Shown here: piece by piece, positions 1 to 8,718 of the stretch
Position numbering within the stretch: the stretch's first letter is position 1
Layout: every line of letters starts with the position of its first letter
Assembly (NCBI GenBank): GCA_965216325.1
Contig: OZ244160.1
Span: 768,001-832,000, forward strand
Direction of reading: 5' to 3'
Length of the DNA: 64,000 nt
Source of the DNA: Coraliomargarita sp.
GTDB lineage: Bacteria; Verrucomicrobiota; Verrucomicrobiia; Opitutales; Coraliomargaritaceae
Translations under genes and position numbers: made by a program
Notes under the pieces: generated by a model
Seen by the model: only the letters and a program-made list of their open reading frames with translations
Database searches by the model: none
What the model was told of the DNA's origin: nothing

Positions 1-246
1 CTTTCGAACCTTCAGGAGCGACGCTCTGAGCTGGAAAAAATCATAGCTGAATTAGGCTACGATTCCCTATGGTCACAGGATGCTTTTGAAGCCAAGCACG
101 CTGGAAGTTTCGCGATGTTTGTAGAGGAGGGGCGAGTCCGTGATGCACCCTCAAGACCTGAATCCGGTAAGGAGCGCCTCTGGTATGAGTGCACTATGGA
201 AATTGAGAAAATCGATATGATCCTGAAGGCCCGAACACAGAAATAG
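1..246 (+). CDS. Partial hypothetical protein (C-terminal ~81 aa, 5' end outside window)
   Basis: Frame 1 is open from base 1 to TAG at 244-246, 3 nt before the cupin ATG. Confidence 0.55.
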   Translation, partial: LSNLQERRSELEKIIAELGYDSLWSQDAFEAKHAGSFAMFVEEGRVRDAPSRPESGKERLWYECTMEIEKIDMILKARTQK

Positions 247-249
247 ACA

Positions 250-630
250 ATGATTCAGGCTGAGATTTTAAAGGCGGATCAAGCGGATGAGTTTGAAACT
301 GTAGAGCGCTGCGCAATTCTTGAACTGGCAAATGACGCAAGAGATCCTGCGCTATCGATTGCGCGTGCACGGGTTGCGCCCGGTGTCACAACTGCTTGGC
401 ACAAGCTGGAGGGGGTCGCGGAGCGCTATGTGATTGTTTCCGGCCGCGGGCGTGTTGAAGTGGGCAGTTTGCCGGCGACTGAAGTGGAGTCGGGCGATGT
501 CGTGCGGATTCCTGCTGGCGTTCGTCAGCGTATTACTAATGTCGGCGACGATGATTTGATTTTCTTCGCACTGTGCACGCCACGCTTTACTCCTGAGTGT
601 TATATTGATTTGGAGAATAGGAACACATGA
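250..630 (+). CDS. Cupin domain protein
   Basis: Cupin motifs PGVTTAWHKL..ERYVIVSGRG and GDVVRIPAG. Confidence 0.85.
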   Translation: MIQAEILKADQADEFETVERCAILELANDARDPALSIARARVAPGVTTAWHKLEGVAERYVIVSGRGRVEVGSLPATEVESGDVVRIPAGVRQRITNVGDDDLIFFALCTPRFTPECYIDLENRNT

Positions 631-1073
631 TGAAACCATTTATAGCCTGCATCTTATTGACTGCTTGTTTGGTGAGTGGTTGTGGGAAGTCGCCCAAGCA
701 GAAAGCTGAAGCGGTGTTTTCAGTGCAGGAGATCGAACAAGGCCTCCAATTGTTGCCGACCTATTGTAATACCTGTCACGGAGTTGGAGAGCGTGAGATC
801 GATGAAATGCTCTCACCGCCCCTATGGGCGATTCGGGACTTTTATTTGGACCAGTATCCCGAGCCTGAGCCGTTTGTGGATGCGATGGTTGAATTTATGC
901 AGTTCCCGAGAGAGGAGAATGCATTGATGCCGTCTGAAGTGAAGAACTATGGTTTGATGACGACCGTTTCCTTAAGTGAGGCTGATCTGCGTGCGACTGC
1001 GATTGTAATTTATGCGGGTCTGATTGAGCGCCCGTCATGGTATCGTGATTACGAAAAGCTGCATAGGAAATAG
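627..1073 (+). CDS. Monoheme cytochrome c lipoprotein
   Basis: Lipobox-like LVSGC, CNTCH heme motif, distal Met (ALMP); ATGA overlap with cupin gene. Confidence 0.75.
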   Translation: MMKPFIACILLTACLVSGCGKSPKQKAEAVFSVQEIEQGLQLLPTYCNTCHGVGEREIDEMLSPPLWAIRDFYLDQYPEPEPFVDAMVEFMQFPREENALMPSEVKNYGLMTTVSLSEADLRATAIVIYAGLIERPSWYRDYEKLHRK

Positions 1074-1137
1074 CCTGTTACGCTGGGTTTTTCCTTGCTG
1101 GCTTTTGTGCGCTTAGAATAGTCGGCTAACGTAACCG

Positions 1138-1572
1138 ATGGAACTGACTTCATTTACAGACTACTCGCTTCGGATCCTTATTTATCTTGCAGATGATACG
1201 GAGCGCTTGTCGTCGATCGATGAGTTGGCAGAGTTCTATCAGTTGTCACGTCACCATGTCGCTAAGATCGTAAAACGTCTCGCGGACTTGGAGTATCTGG
1301 AAACGATTCGTGGTAAGAATGGTGGCCTGCGTTTGGCGAAAGATCCGTCCGAGATCAATGTCGCGGCTGTGATTAAGCAGACGGAACCGCACTTCAATCT
1401 GGTTGAATGTATGTGTGAGGGGAAGACCTCCGCCTGTATGATCCATGGGCATTGTGGCTTAAAGGGAGCACTGGCTACGGCGCGTGGACATTTTTTTGCG
1501 CACCTTGCGAAGTTCTCACTCGCAGACGTTGCAATGAGCAAAAAAGAGTCGTCCAAGCTCGGGATTCGCTAA
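1138..1572 (+). CDS. Rrf2-family regulator, NsrR-like
   Basis: MELTSFTDYSLRILIYLA N-terminus, RGKNGGLRLA wing, Cys cluster ECMC...C...C. Confidence 0.85.
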   Translation: MELTSFTDYSLRILIYLADDTERLSSIDELAEFYQLSRHHVAKIVKRLADLEYLETIRGKNGGLRLAKDPSEINVAAVIKQTEPHFNLVECMCEGKTSACMIHGHCGLKGALATARGHFFAHLAKFSLADVAMSKKESSKLGIR

Positions 1573-1579
1573 GTTTTGG

Positions 1580-1607
1580 ATAAAATCGCACCATGAATGC
1601 GATTTAT
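1580..1607. terminator. Hairpin downstream of Rrf2 gene
   Basis: ATAAAATCGCA...TGCGATTTAT inverted repeat just after the stop. Confidence 0.4.
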
Positions 1608-1673
1608 GGGTTCATTTAAGGCGCTCATCTGAACTTTTTGAGTTTTTTGGGCAGTTTTGGCCTCATTTTTAGA

Positions 1674-1696
1674 AAGTGGTATTCTGTATGCTATTT
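1674..1696 (+). promoter_or_regulatory. Candidate Rrf2/NsrR operator
   Basis: AAGTGGTAT-N5-ATGCTATTT, a 23-bp imperfect palindrome with NsrR-box geometry, ~57 bp upstream of the cytochrome/globin operon. Confidence 0.5.
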
Positions 1697-1752
1697 ATGG
1701 TCTCAGTTTCATCCGAAGCTAACTGAAGATACTAACCTGAGAACACACTATC

Positions 1753-2349
1753 ATGAAGAAAGCGATACTAGTGCTACCCGCGGCCTGGGCTGCGATTGCA
1801 TCCATGCTGTCCTTTACGGGCTGCAATGACTCCGAAGCCTCCGCCTCTACAGGCGTTTCCTATGAAAAACTCACCGATGCCTTGCATATGGTGCTCGAGA
1901 ATGACCGGACTGTTTACACTAAGAAGGTGGTTAACCGACTGGTGAAGGAAGATAAGGTCATCAAGGCGACTGAAGAGTGGGCTGAAGATAAGACTTTGCC
2001 ACTGCCTGCGCAGATGTTCCGCATGGGTGCTGAGTTGACTGCAAGTAAAGATGCGTGGTTCAGTTACTCGCTGCAGTCTCTGTGGCCGATTAACAAGTCC
2101 AATGCGGAAGGCCAAACCGAGGTTGAGAAGGAAGGTCTCCAGTTCGTTGCAGACAACGGTGGCACCGCTCCGTTCTACGGCGAAGAAGAACTCGGTGGTA
2201 AGAAATATTTCACAGCAGTCTATGCGGACGTCGGCGTCGCTCCCGTATGCATCAGTTGCCACAATGAGCACAAGGACAGTCCAAAGACTGACTTCAAGCT
2301 CGGCGACGTGATGGGTGGAGTCGTGATTCGTATTCCAATGGATAGCTAG
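1753..2349 (+). CDS. DUF3365/Tll0287-like heme c lipoprotein
   Basis: Signal peptide ending FTGC, LPLPAQMFR motif, CISCH, C-terminal FKLGDVMGGVVIRIP. Confidence 0.8.
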   Translation: MKKAILVLPAAWAAIASMLSFTGCNDSEASASTGVSYEKLTDALHMVLENDRTVYTKKVVNRLVKEDKVIKATEEWAEDKTLPLPAQMFRMGAELTASKDAWFSYSLQSLWPINKSNAEGQTEVEKEGLQFVADNGGTAPFYGEEELGGKKYFTAVYADVGVAPVCISCHNEHKDSPKTDFKLGDVMGGVVIRIPMDS

Positions 2350-2364
2350 CTCCTACGCTAAGCC

Positions 2365-2766
2365 GTGCGATCTTTTGTATACATAGTGATGTCCATGCTT
2401 CTCCTTGCTGCAGCCTTCAGTGGCTGTGGCAAGGAGGAGCCTAAGGGCTCTGCTGCGGAAGCGGCAAAGCCTTTTGACCCGATGGCCCTTGATTTGACCG
2501 ATCCGAATTTGATTGCGGGGCGGGCAACTTGGGTTGCGACCTGTGGCCAATGTCACGTTCGTGGTCTCGGTGGAGCGCCCATTATTGCTGACAAGGCGGC
2601 GTGGGCGCCACGAATCGCGAAGGGGAAGGGGGCACTCTATGATCATGCGATCAACGGCTTTTCCGGCCCACAAATGAATGAGATGCCACCGAAGGGTGGC
2701 TTTACTGAACTAACTGATGAAGAGGTGAAGCGAGCGGTCGATTTTGTGATCTTCGCCAGCCAATAA
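2365..2766 (+). CDS. Cytochrome c5-like lipoprotein
   Basis: CGQCH, GAP..DKAAWAPRIAKG, MPPKGG typical of c5; exact start uncertain. Confidence 0.85.
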   Translation: MRSFVYIVMSMLLLAAAFSGCGKEEPKGSAAEAAKPFDPMALDLTDPNLIAGRATWVATCGQCHVRGLGGAPIIADKAAWAPRIAKGKGALYDHAINGFSGPQMNEMPPKGGFTELTDEEVKRAVDFVIFASQ

Positions 2767-2798
2767 CCCAACCTTACTAACACACATATTTATATTCT

Positions 2799-3173
2799 AT
2801 GAGCTCAATTTACGAACGTATTGGAGGTGAGCCTGCAATTGATGCGGCTGTTGATTTGTTCTATGTCAAAGTGCTAGCGGATGACCGCATTAAGCACTTT
2901 TTTGATGGCATTCCAATGGAACGCATGCATGGCCACCAGAAGAAGTTTCTGACTATGGCACTTGGCGGCCCAAACAACTACGATGGTCGTGGTATGGCTG
3001 CCGCGCACGCTCGTTTGGTCAATGAAATGGGACTGAATGACACGCATTTTGATGCAGTGATCGAGAATCTTGGAGCGACCCTCACGGAACTGGGTGTCCC
3101 AGGTGATTTGATCGGTGAAGCTGCTGCTGTGGCAGAAAGCACTCGCGAGCAAGTGCTCGGCCGCGCCTCTTAG
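2799..3173 (+). CDS. Group I truncated hemoglobin (trHbN/GlbN-like)
   Basis: SIYERIGG, FYVKVLADD, HQKKFL, GGP..Y.GR.M..AH, HFDAV. Confidence 0.92.
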   Translation: MSSIYERIGGEPAIDAAVDLFYVKVLADDRIKHFFDGIPMERMHGHQKKFLTMALGGPNNYDGRGMAAAHARLVNEMGLNDTHFDAVIENLGATLTELGVPGDLIGEAAAVAESTREQVLGRAS

Positions 3174-3202
3174 TCGGACTCGAATCACTGAGTTTGTGCA
3201 TT

Positions 3203-3226
3203 GCTGGTGGCCTTCGGGCCACCGGC
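3203..3226 (+). other. GC-rich hairpin with C(UUCG)G tetraloop after the globin gene
   Basis: GCTGGTGGCC-TTCG-GGCCACCGGC; no U-tract, so possibly an mRNA stabiliser. Confidence 0.45.
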
Positions 3227-3315
3227 GGGGCTTTGCCATGTTTGTTGGTGGCCCGTGATTTGACCAGTGGTTGATTGTGCCACTTGGCCTAAGACCTGCT
3301 TAGTTGTTTTATTGC

Positions 3316-5298
3316 ATGGCTTCTCCTAAGAACGCATCCAAACCCAGCGCTGAGCCATTGCTGATTGTTGGCAATGGTATGGTCAGTTGGCGCTTGTGTC
3401 AGCAGTTGGTGGAGCGTGGTGTCCATGAGTCTCGACGGATTCTTGTCTTTGGTGAGGAGCCATATGCGGCATATGATCGCGTCAACCTGACTAAGTTCTT
3501 TGAACTTGATGACAGTGATGACTTGTTATTGGCATCGAAAGACTGGTATGCGCAGCATGATATAACGCTGCATACGAATCGACGTATCCTGAAGTTGGAT
3601 ACAGCTCAGAAGCTCGTGGTCGATGACTCAGGCGAAGAGCATTCCTATGGTGACTGTGTGCTGTCTACGGGAAGTAGTGCATTTGTTCCGCCCATTGAGG
3701 GCGTCGATGCCGATAATGTTTTCGTCTACAGAACGATCGAAGATATCGAGCGCATAAAGCACGCAGCGGAAACCGCTAAGTCCGGTGTTGTTATCGGGGG
3801 CGGGCTACTGGGGCTTGAGGCTGCTCAGGTTCTAAAGGATTTTGATCTGCAGACCTGCATTGTTCAGGCTGCGAATACACTAATGAGCCGTCAGTTGAAC
3901 GAGGACGGTGGTAGTTACTTGCTACGTGAAGTCGCCGAGTTGGGCATGTCGGTTCGACTGACTACCAATACGCAACGAATCGTTCCGACTGCACATGGCT
4001 TGGATTTAGAGCTGAATAAGGGTGAGCCTTTGAGTGCGGATCTCGTGGTGATTGCTGCTGGTATTAAGCCACGTGACGAGCTTGCTGTGGATGCTGGACT
4101 TTCAACGGCGACCCGAGGGGGCATTATCGTCAATAACCGCCTGCAGACAGATGATCCGAATGTCTATGCGATTGGCGAATGTGCATCGCACAAGGGTAAG
4201 GTTTATGGACTGGTTGCGCCCGGCTACGAGATGGCTGATGCACTGGCGCGCTCGCTGGCTGGCAAGAAGCGTGTGCGGTATCGTGGCAGTGACGAGTCGT
4301 GCCGACTCAAGCTACTGGGCGTTGAGGTGAGTGTCTTTGGCGATTATATGCAAGAGGGCGATTACCATGTGCATCGTGGTGAGAAGACTTATCGTTCCCT
4401 GGTGCTCAAGCGTGGCAAATTGATCGGTGCGACTGTCATTGGACCATGGGAGCAAGCTGCCGAAATCGAGCGTGCGGTTCGTGAAGAGCGTCGCATCAGT
4501 AAACGTCTGATCGCGGCTTTCGAGCGCACTGGAGATCTCTTTGCCGAACTGGCCATCGACAATGTCTTGGAGTGGTCGGACCTGACCATTGTCTGTAATT
4601 GCACTCGCACGAATTGTATTCAGTTGAAACAAGCGGTGGTTGGTGGCTGTTCATCGGTCGACGCATTGACTGAGTCTACCGGAGCCGGATCGGTCTGCGG
4701 TTCCTGTCGTCCTCAGCTGGCTCAATTTGTGGGTGACTCCTCGGCACGCTTTGTCGATACAGCTTCGCAAAAGGGGGGGCGTCTGTTGATCGTCTCTGCT
4801 ATTGTGGCTCTACTCGCTTTGGCGGCGATCTTCTTTGTGCCGGGATTACCTGCTGCGGAAAGCGTGCAGACTGGCTACTATGAATTTACCTGCCTCTGGC
4901 AGGACTCCCTGACTAAGCAAATCACTGGATTCACCATAGCCGGGCTTTCGCTGATTGCCTTGCTACTGTCTGCGCGCAAGCGCTTACGGTTTCTGAATTT
5001 TGGCAATTATGGTTTCTGGCGTGCGCTGCATTCTTGGTTAGGCGTCACGACTTTGGTTGGGGTGTTCTTGCACACGGGATTACACTTTGGAGACAATCTG
5101 AACCTCTGGCTCTTGCTGTGTTTCCTAGGGCTCAATTTGGCGGGTGGTTTGGCGGCCATTGCGGTTGCCGCGGAGCGACGCTTCGCGGGGCCAGTCGGAG
5201 GACGCATCCGCGCCTTGGCGACCAAGGCGCACATCATTTTCTTTTTGCCGTATCCTGTCCTGCTCGGCTTTCACATCGCTAAGGTCTATATTTACTGA
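3316..5298 (+). CDS. NirB-like FAD/NAD(P)H oxidoreductase with BFD-type [2Fe-2S] domain and C-terminal membrane module
   Basis: IVGNGMV, GGGLLGLEAA, YAIGECA, CNC...GAGSVCGSC; C-terminal hydrophobic helices with His; no siroheme domain. Start set at ATG 3316. Confidence 0.8.
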   Translation: MASPKNASKPSAEPLLIVGNGMVSWRLCQQLVERGVHESRRILVFGEEPYAAYDRVNLTKFFELDDSDDLLLASKDWYAQHDITLHTNRRILKLDTAQKLVVDDSGEEHSYGDCVLSTGSSAFVPPIEGVDADNVFVYRTIEDIERIKHAAETAKSGVVIGGGLLGLEAAQVLKDFDLQTCIVQAANTLMSRQLNEDGGSYLLREVAELGMSVRLTTNTQRIVPTAHGLDLELNKGEPLSADLVVIAAGIKPRDELAVDAGLSTATRGGIIVNNRLQTDDPNVYAIGECASHKGKVYGLVAPGYEMADALARSLAGKKRVRYRGSDESCRLKLLGVEVSVFGDYMQEGDYHVHRGEKTYRSLVLKRGKLIGATVIGPWEQAAEIERAVREERRISKRLIAAFERTGDLFAELAIDNVLEWSDLTIVCNCTRTNCIQLKQAVVGGCSSVDALTESTGAGSVCGSCRPQLAQFVGDSSARFVDTASQKGGRLLIVSAIVALLALAAIFFVPGLPAAESVQTGYYEFTCLWQDSLTKQITGFTIAGLSLIALLLSARKRLRFLNFGNYGFWRALHSWLGVTTLVGVFLHTGLHFGDNLNLWLLLCFLGLNLAGGLAAIAVAAERRFAGPVGGRIRALATKAHIIFFLPYPVLLGFHIAKVYIY

Positions 5299-6647
5299 TG
5301 TTTAATTTTCTCAAACGTAATGGTCTATGGATGTTCCTGTTGGCGGTGCTGACGGGGTATCTTGGTTTTGCGATATCCGGAGGGCAGGAACAAGTCTTCA
5401 TGCCTGGAGAGAGCACACATGGGCACCATCAGATCGAGATGTCTTGCACGGAGTGTCACACCAAGAACATGGGAGTGCGACAAGACGCGTGCACACGCTG
5501 TCATGCTGAGGAATTGGATCGTGTCTCCGATTCGCACCCGGTGATTAAGTTTAAAGATCCGCGTAATGCTTCACGTCTCGAGAAGATCGAAGCAACGAAG
5601 TGTATTACCTGTCACCGCGAACACCAGCCTGAGCTTACCGGCGATATGGGGGTCACGTTGCCCATCGATTATTGTGCGCACTGTCACCAAAAGATCGCCG
5701 AGCAACGTCCGTCACACGTGGGGATGGGCTTTGATACTTGCGCAACTGCGGGTTGTCATAATTTCCACGATAATACTGCACTCTATGAGCGTTTTCTCAC
5801 GGATCATTTGGATGATCCGGACTTTCGCTCGATTGCTCTGATGCGCGTTCGCGATCTGTATGATAGCCCAGAGGCTGCGGCCGGACCGGCACTGGCGAAG
5901 GACCAAGCAGACGTGCCGGAATCGGTCGAATATACGCACCGCATTTTGCATGACTGGTCGACCACTGCGCACGCGGCTGCAGGTGTCAATTGCACCGATT
6001 GTCATAATGCCAAGAATGAGGCGACGGGTGTTGTGGAATGGCATGACCAGCCGAGTTATGAATCCTGCCAGAAATGTCATACGGATGAGACCAAGGGCTT
6101 CCTCGCAGGGAAGCACGGTATGCGCCTTGCTGCTGGACTGAGCCCGATGACGCCGGGGATGGCAAAAATCCCGATGCGTCCCGAAGCGGCGCATCATGAG
6201 CTGAATTGTATTTCCTGCCACAGTAGTCACCGTTTCAATACACAGACTGCCGCGGTCGACTCGTGCTTAAAGTGCCATAACGATGAGCACTCACTCGCGT
6301 ACAAGGGTTCACTGCACTTCCAAACCTATCGTGATGCCTTGTCCGGCGCTAAGCCGGCCGATTCCGCGGTGAGTTGTGCAACCTGCCACATGCCACGTGT
6401 CGAGCGCACGAAATTTGGTGAGACCGTAACCATCGTTGATCACAACCAGAATAACAGTCTACGCCCCAACGAGAAGATGGTGCGGACATCCTGCATGCAA
6501 TGCCATGGTCTGCAGTTCACCCTCAACGCGCTCGCAGATGAGGAACTGATTCGAAACAACTTCCAAGGGCGTCCGAAGGTCCACGTCGAAAGTTTAGACA
6601 TGGCCCGGGAAGAGCTGCGCAAGAGTGAAGCACGCAAGCAGGACTAA
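5298..6647 (+). CDS. Multiheme cytochrome c (10 CxxCH + 1 CxxxxCH)
   Basis: CTECH, CTRCH, CITCH, CAHCH, CATAGCH, CTDCH, CQKCH, CISCH, CLKCH, CATCH, CMQCH; N-terminal TM/signal; overlaps upstream stop. Confidence 0.9.
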   Translation: MFNFLKRNGLWMFLLAVLTGYLGFAISGGQEQVFMPGESTHGHHQIEMSCTECHTKNMGVRQDACTRCHAEELDRVSDSHPVIKFKDPRNASRLEKIEATKCITCHREHQPELTGDMGVTLPIDYCAHCHQKIAEQRPSHVGMGFDTCATAGCHNFHDNTALYERFLTDHLDDPDFRSIALMRVRDLYDSPEAAAGPALAKDQADVPESVEYTHRILHDWSTTAHAAAGVNCTDCHNAKNEATGVVEWHDQPSYESCQKCHTDETKGFLAGKHGMRLAAGLSPMTPGMAKIPMRPEAAHHELNCISCHSSHRFNTQTAAVDSCLKCHNDEHSLAYKGSLHFQTYRDALSGAKPADSAVSCATCHMPRVERTKFGETVTIVDHNQNNSLRPNEKMVRTSCMQCHGLQFTLNALADEELIRNNFQGRPKVHVESLDMAREELRKSEARKQD

Positions 6648-6725
6648 GTCACCAGAAGTCTACAAGCAGTCTTGTCAGATTCGACTGAGAGTGTAGTGTA
6701 GAGCTTACTCTTACGTTCGCTTTTT

Positions 6726-7748
6726 ATGAAATCCTTACCGACGCGTCTGCTCACTCTTGTTTCACTCGGCTCATTACTGGCACTGACTGGTTGTAGTCAC
6801 TTTTCTAACAAATCTCAGCCAGATCGTTATAGTGCGGTGGCAGCTGCCTTAGCCAGTCAGAAGGGGGTCAATTCCATGCCGCTCATGCCACCACGGGAGG
6901 ATGTGCGTGTGGGGGATGTGTTCATCGTTGATGGGGAATCAGGCCAGATTCAGTTTCTAAATGCGGCTTCATGGGCAAGTTTGCCTCTGTTGGAGACAGT
7001 CCAGGAGCACTATGCTCAACGCCCATTGTACCGTAAGACTGATCCAGAGCTCTTTATGGATGACTATGAGGGCGAGGAGATGACGCCAGAGCCCTCAGTT
7101 AGTAATATTGAGCTCCGACCCATGCTAATTGGTCCGCTTGCACATGTGCAGGGGCGCAACGGTTTCTGGAAGTTAGTGCCCCCCGAAGTGCTAGCGTTAA
7201 CGCTGCCCCCGCAGCGTCGCCCAAATGTAGAAGTCTCGGTGCGTGCGAGTGCTGCCCAGTCCTATTCGTTACCGAAGTCAGTAGTGATCGATCGCGCTCT
7301 GAAGGATGGTACTGTAATACCTCTGATTGCGGATAACCTCAATTTAGTCACTAGCACGTCGACAGTCCGACTGTATGTGGTGAGCGAGGTAATCTATTCG
7401 CGTGTTATCAGTATGGGGGTGCGTCCATTGGCAGCCAAGGATCAGCGGAATTATTGGGACTTTCATGATTTTGCGACGGGTCCGACCAAGGGCCTGGACC
7501 GTGCGGCAAATTTGAATCGTCAGCTCCGTGATGAGAATCTGGATGATTTGCCTGGTGGTGAAGTGCGCTTTGTCTCGGTCACGGATGATTTGGTGCTCTT
7601 CCGCGCAACGATGGAAGAGCCGATTGCGATCGGTGTGCGTGGAGTCGTGTTGGACGTCGATCCTGAAACTGGTGAGGTGCTACAAGTCTCACTGACTCAC
7701 AATGCACCACTGCCATTCATTGAAGCAGAATTAGATGACGAGGTTTAG
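6726..7748 (+). CDS. Hypothetical lipoprotein
   Basis: 340 aa ORF, lipobox LALTGC. Confidence 0.65.
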   Translation: MKSLPTRLLTLVSLGSLLALTGCSHFSNKSQPDRYSAVAAALASQKGVNSMPLMPPREDVRVGDVFIVDGESGQIQFLNAASWASLPLLETVQEHYAQRPLYRKTDPELFMDDYEGEEMTPEPSVSNIELRPMLIGPLAHVQGRNGFWKLVPPEVLALTLPPQRRPNVEVSVRASAAQSYSLPKSVVIDRALKDGTVIPLIADNLNLVTSTSTVRLYVVSEVIYSRVISMGVRPLAAKDQRNYWDFHDFATGPTKGLDRAANLNRQLRDENLDDLPGGEVRFVSVTDDLVLFRATMEEPIAIGVRGVVLDVDPETGEVLQVSLTHNAPLPFIEAELDDEV

Positions 7749-7857
7749 TGTCTGACATTGTGCGCGGGCGGGCGACGTTTCCGTGGCGCTAAAATGTAGT
7801 TCACTGGATTCTGCAATTGTCATAGATCAAAGGAGCGCTCAAAAACGCTCCTTTTTT

Positions 7858-8682
7858 ATGCAAGCAGAAGACCTCGAACTCGATTTGATTGATATTTACG
7901 GTGGCACACAGGCACGTATGGCGACCATTGATGAAGCCATTACCAGTTATGCCGATGCAATGCTGGATGGTGCGGTCTTTCCACCAATCGTGGTCTTTTA
8001 CGATGGCTCCAAATATTGGTTGGCTGATGGCTTTCATCGTTTTCTGGCGGCACAACGAATCGAGAAGGCTGAAATTTCTGCAGAAGTGCATGCGGGTTCC
8101 CGCACGGATGCCTTGCGCTTTGCACTGGGTGCAAATGCGACCAATGGCATCTACCGTTCGAATGCTGATAAGCGCAATGCGGTTGAGATCGCTCTGGAAG
8201 AATGGCCGAACATGGCCAATTCGGTCATTGCCGAGCTGTGCAAGGTGTCGGCCGACCTGGTGCGCCGTTGCCGCGTAGAGATGGAACGGGATGAGCGGAT
8301 CGAGCCGCAAACCCGTGTCACGGGGCGCGACGGTAAAGAGTATCCAGCGGGCATTGAGCGTCAGCCACGCGGTGAAGGAAGTGCTCCCAAAGACGATGGC
8401 GGCAGCAATGCCGGGGGTGGTGCTGGTGGCGGCAAGGCCAAGAAGGACGACTTTGGTGCGCCGGGGGGCAGCAATGCCGAGATTGAGGCGGAAGCGCGCA
8501 AAATGATCCGCGAGGGCGAGATTAAGCACTCAGAATTGGACAAGCTCGTCAGCGCGACGGCCTTGGATTATGCTGACACCGCGATCAATGTTTTGGACCG
8601 CATGAAGGATGAAGATCCGCGTCGCCCTGAAGCGATCACTCGCATTGAGCGTTGGTTGGCGAAGCAGAAGGTGGGCGTCTAG
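7858..8682 (+). CDS. ParB/Srx N-terminal domain protein with HTH
   Basis: FPPIVVF..YWLADGFHRFLA, AN..NG..RS.ADKR, IAELCKVS HTH; likely start ATG 7858. Confidence 0.8.
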   Translation: MQAEDLELDLIDIYGGTQARMATIDEAITSYADAMLDGAVFPPIVVFYDGSKYWLADGFHRFLAAQRIEKAEISAEVHAGSRTDALRFALGANATNGIYRSNADKRNAVEIALEEWPNMANSVIAELCKVSADLVRRCRVEMERDERIEPQTRVTGRDGKEYPAGIERQPRGEGSAPKDDGGSNAGGGAGGGKAKKDDFGAPGGSNAEIEAEARKMIREGEIKHSELDKLVSATALDYADTAINVLDRMKDEDPRRPEAITRIERWLAKQKVGV

Positions 8683-8718
8683 CACAGGCAGTGTGACTCA
8701 GGCGGGACGCCTAAGCGA

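Noticed and set aside
3316..5298. Gene symbol nirB
   Set aside because: No siroheme/[4Fe-4S] domain and no nirD nearby
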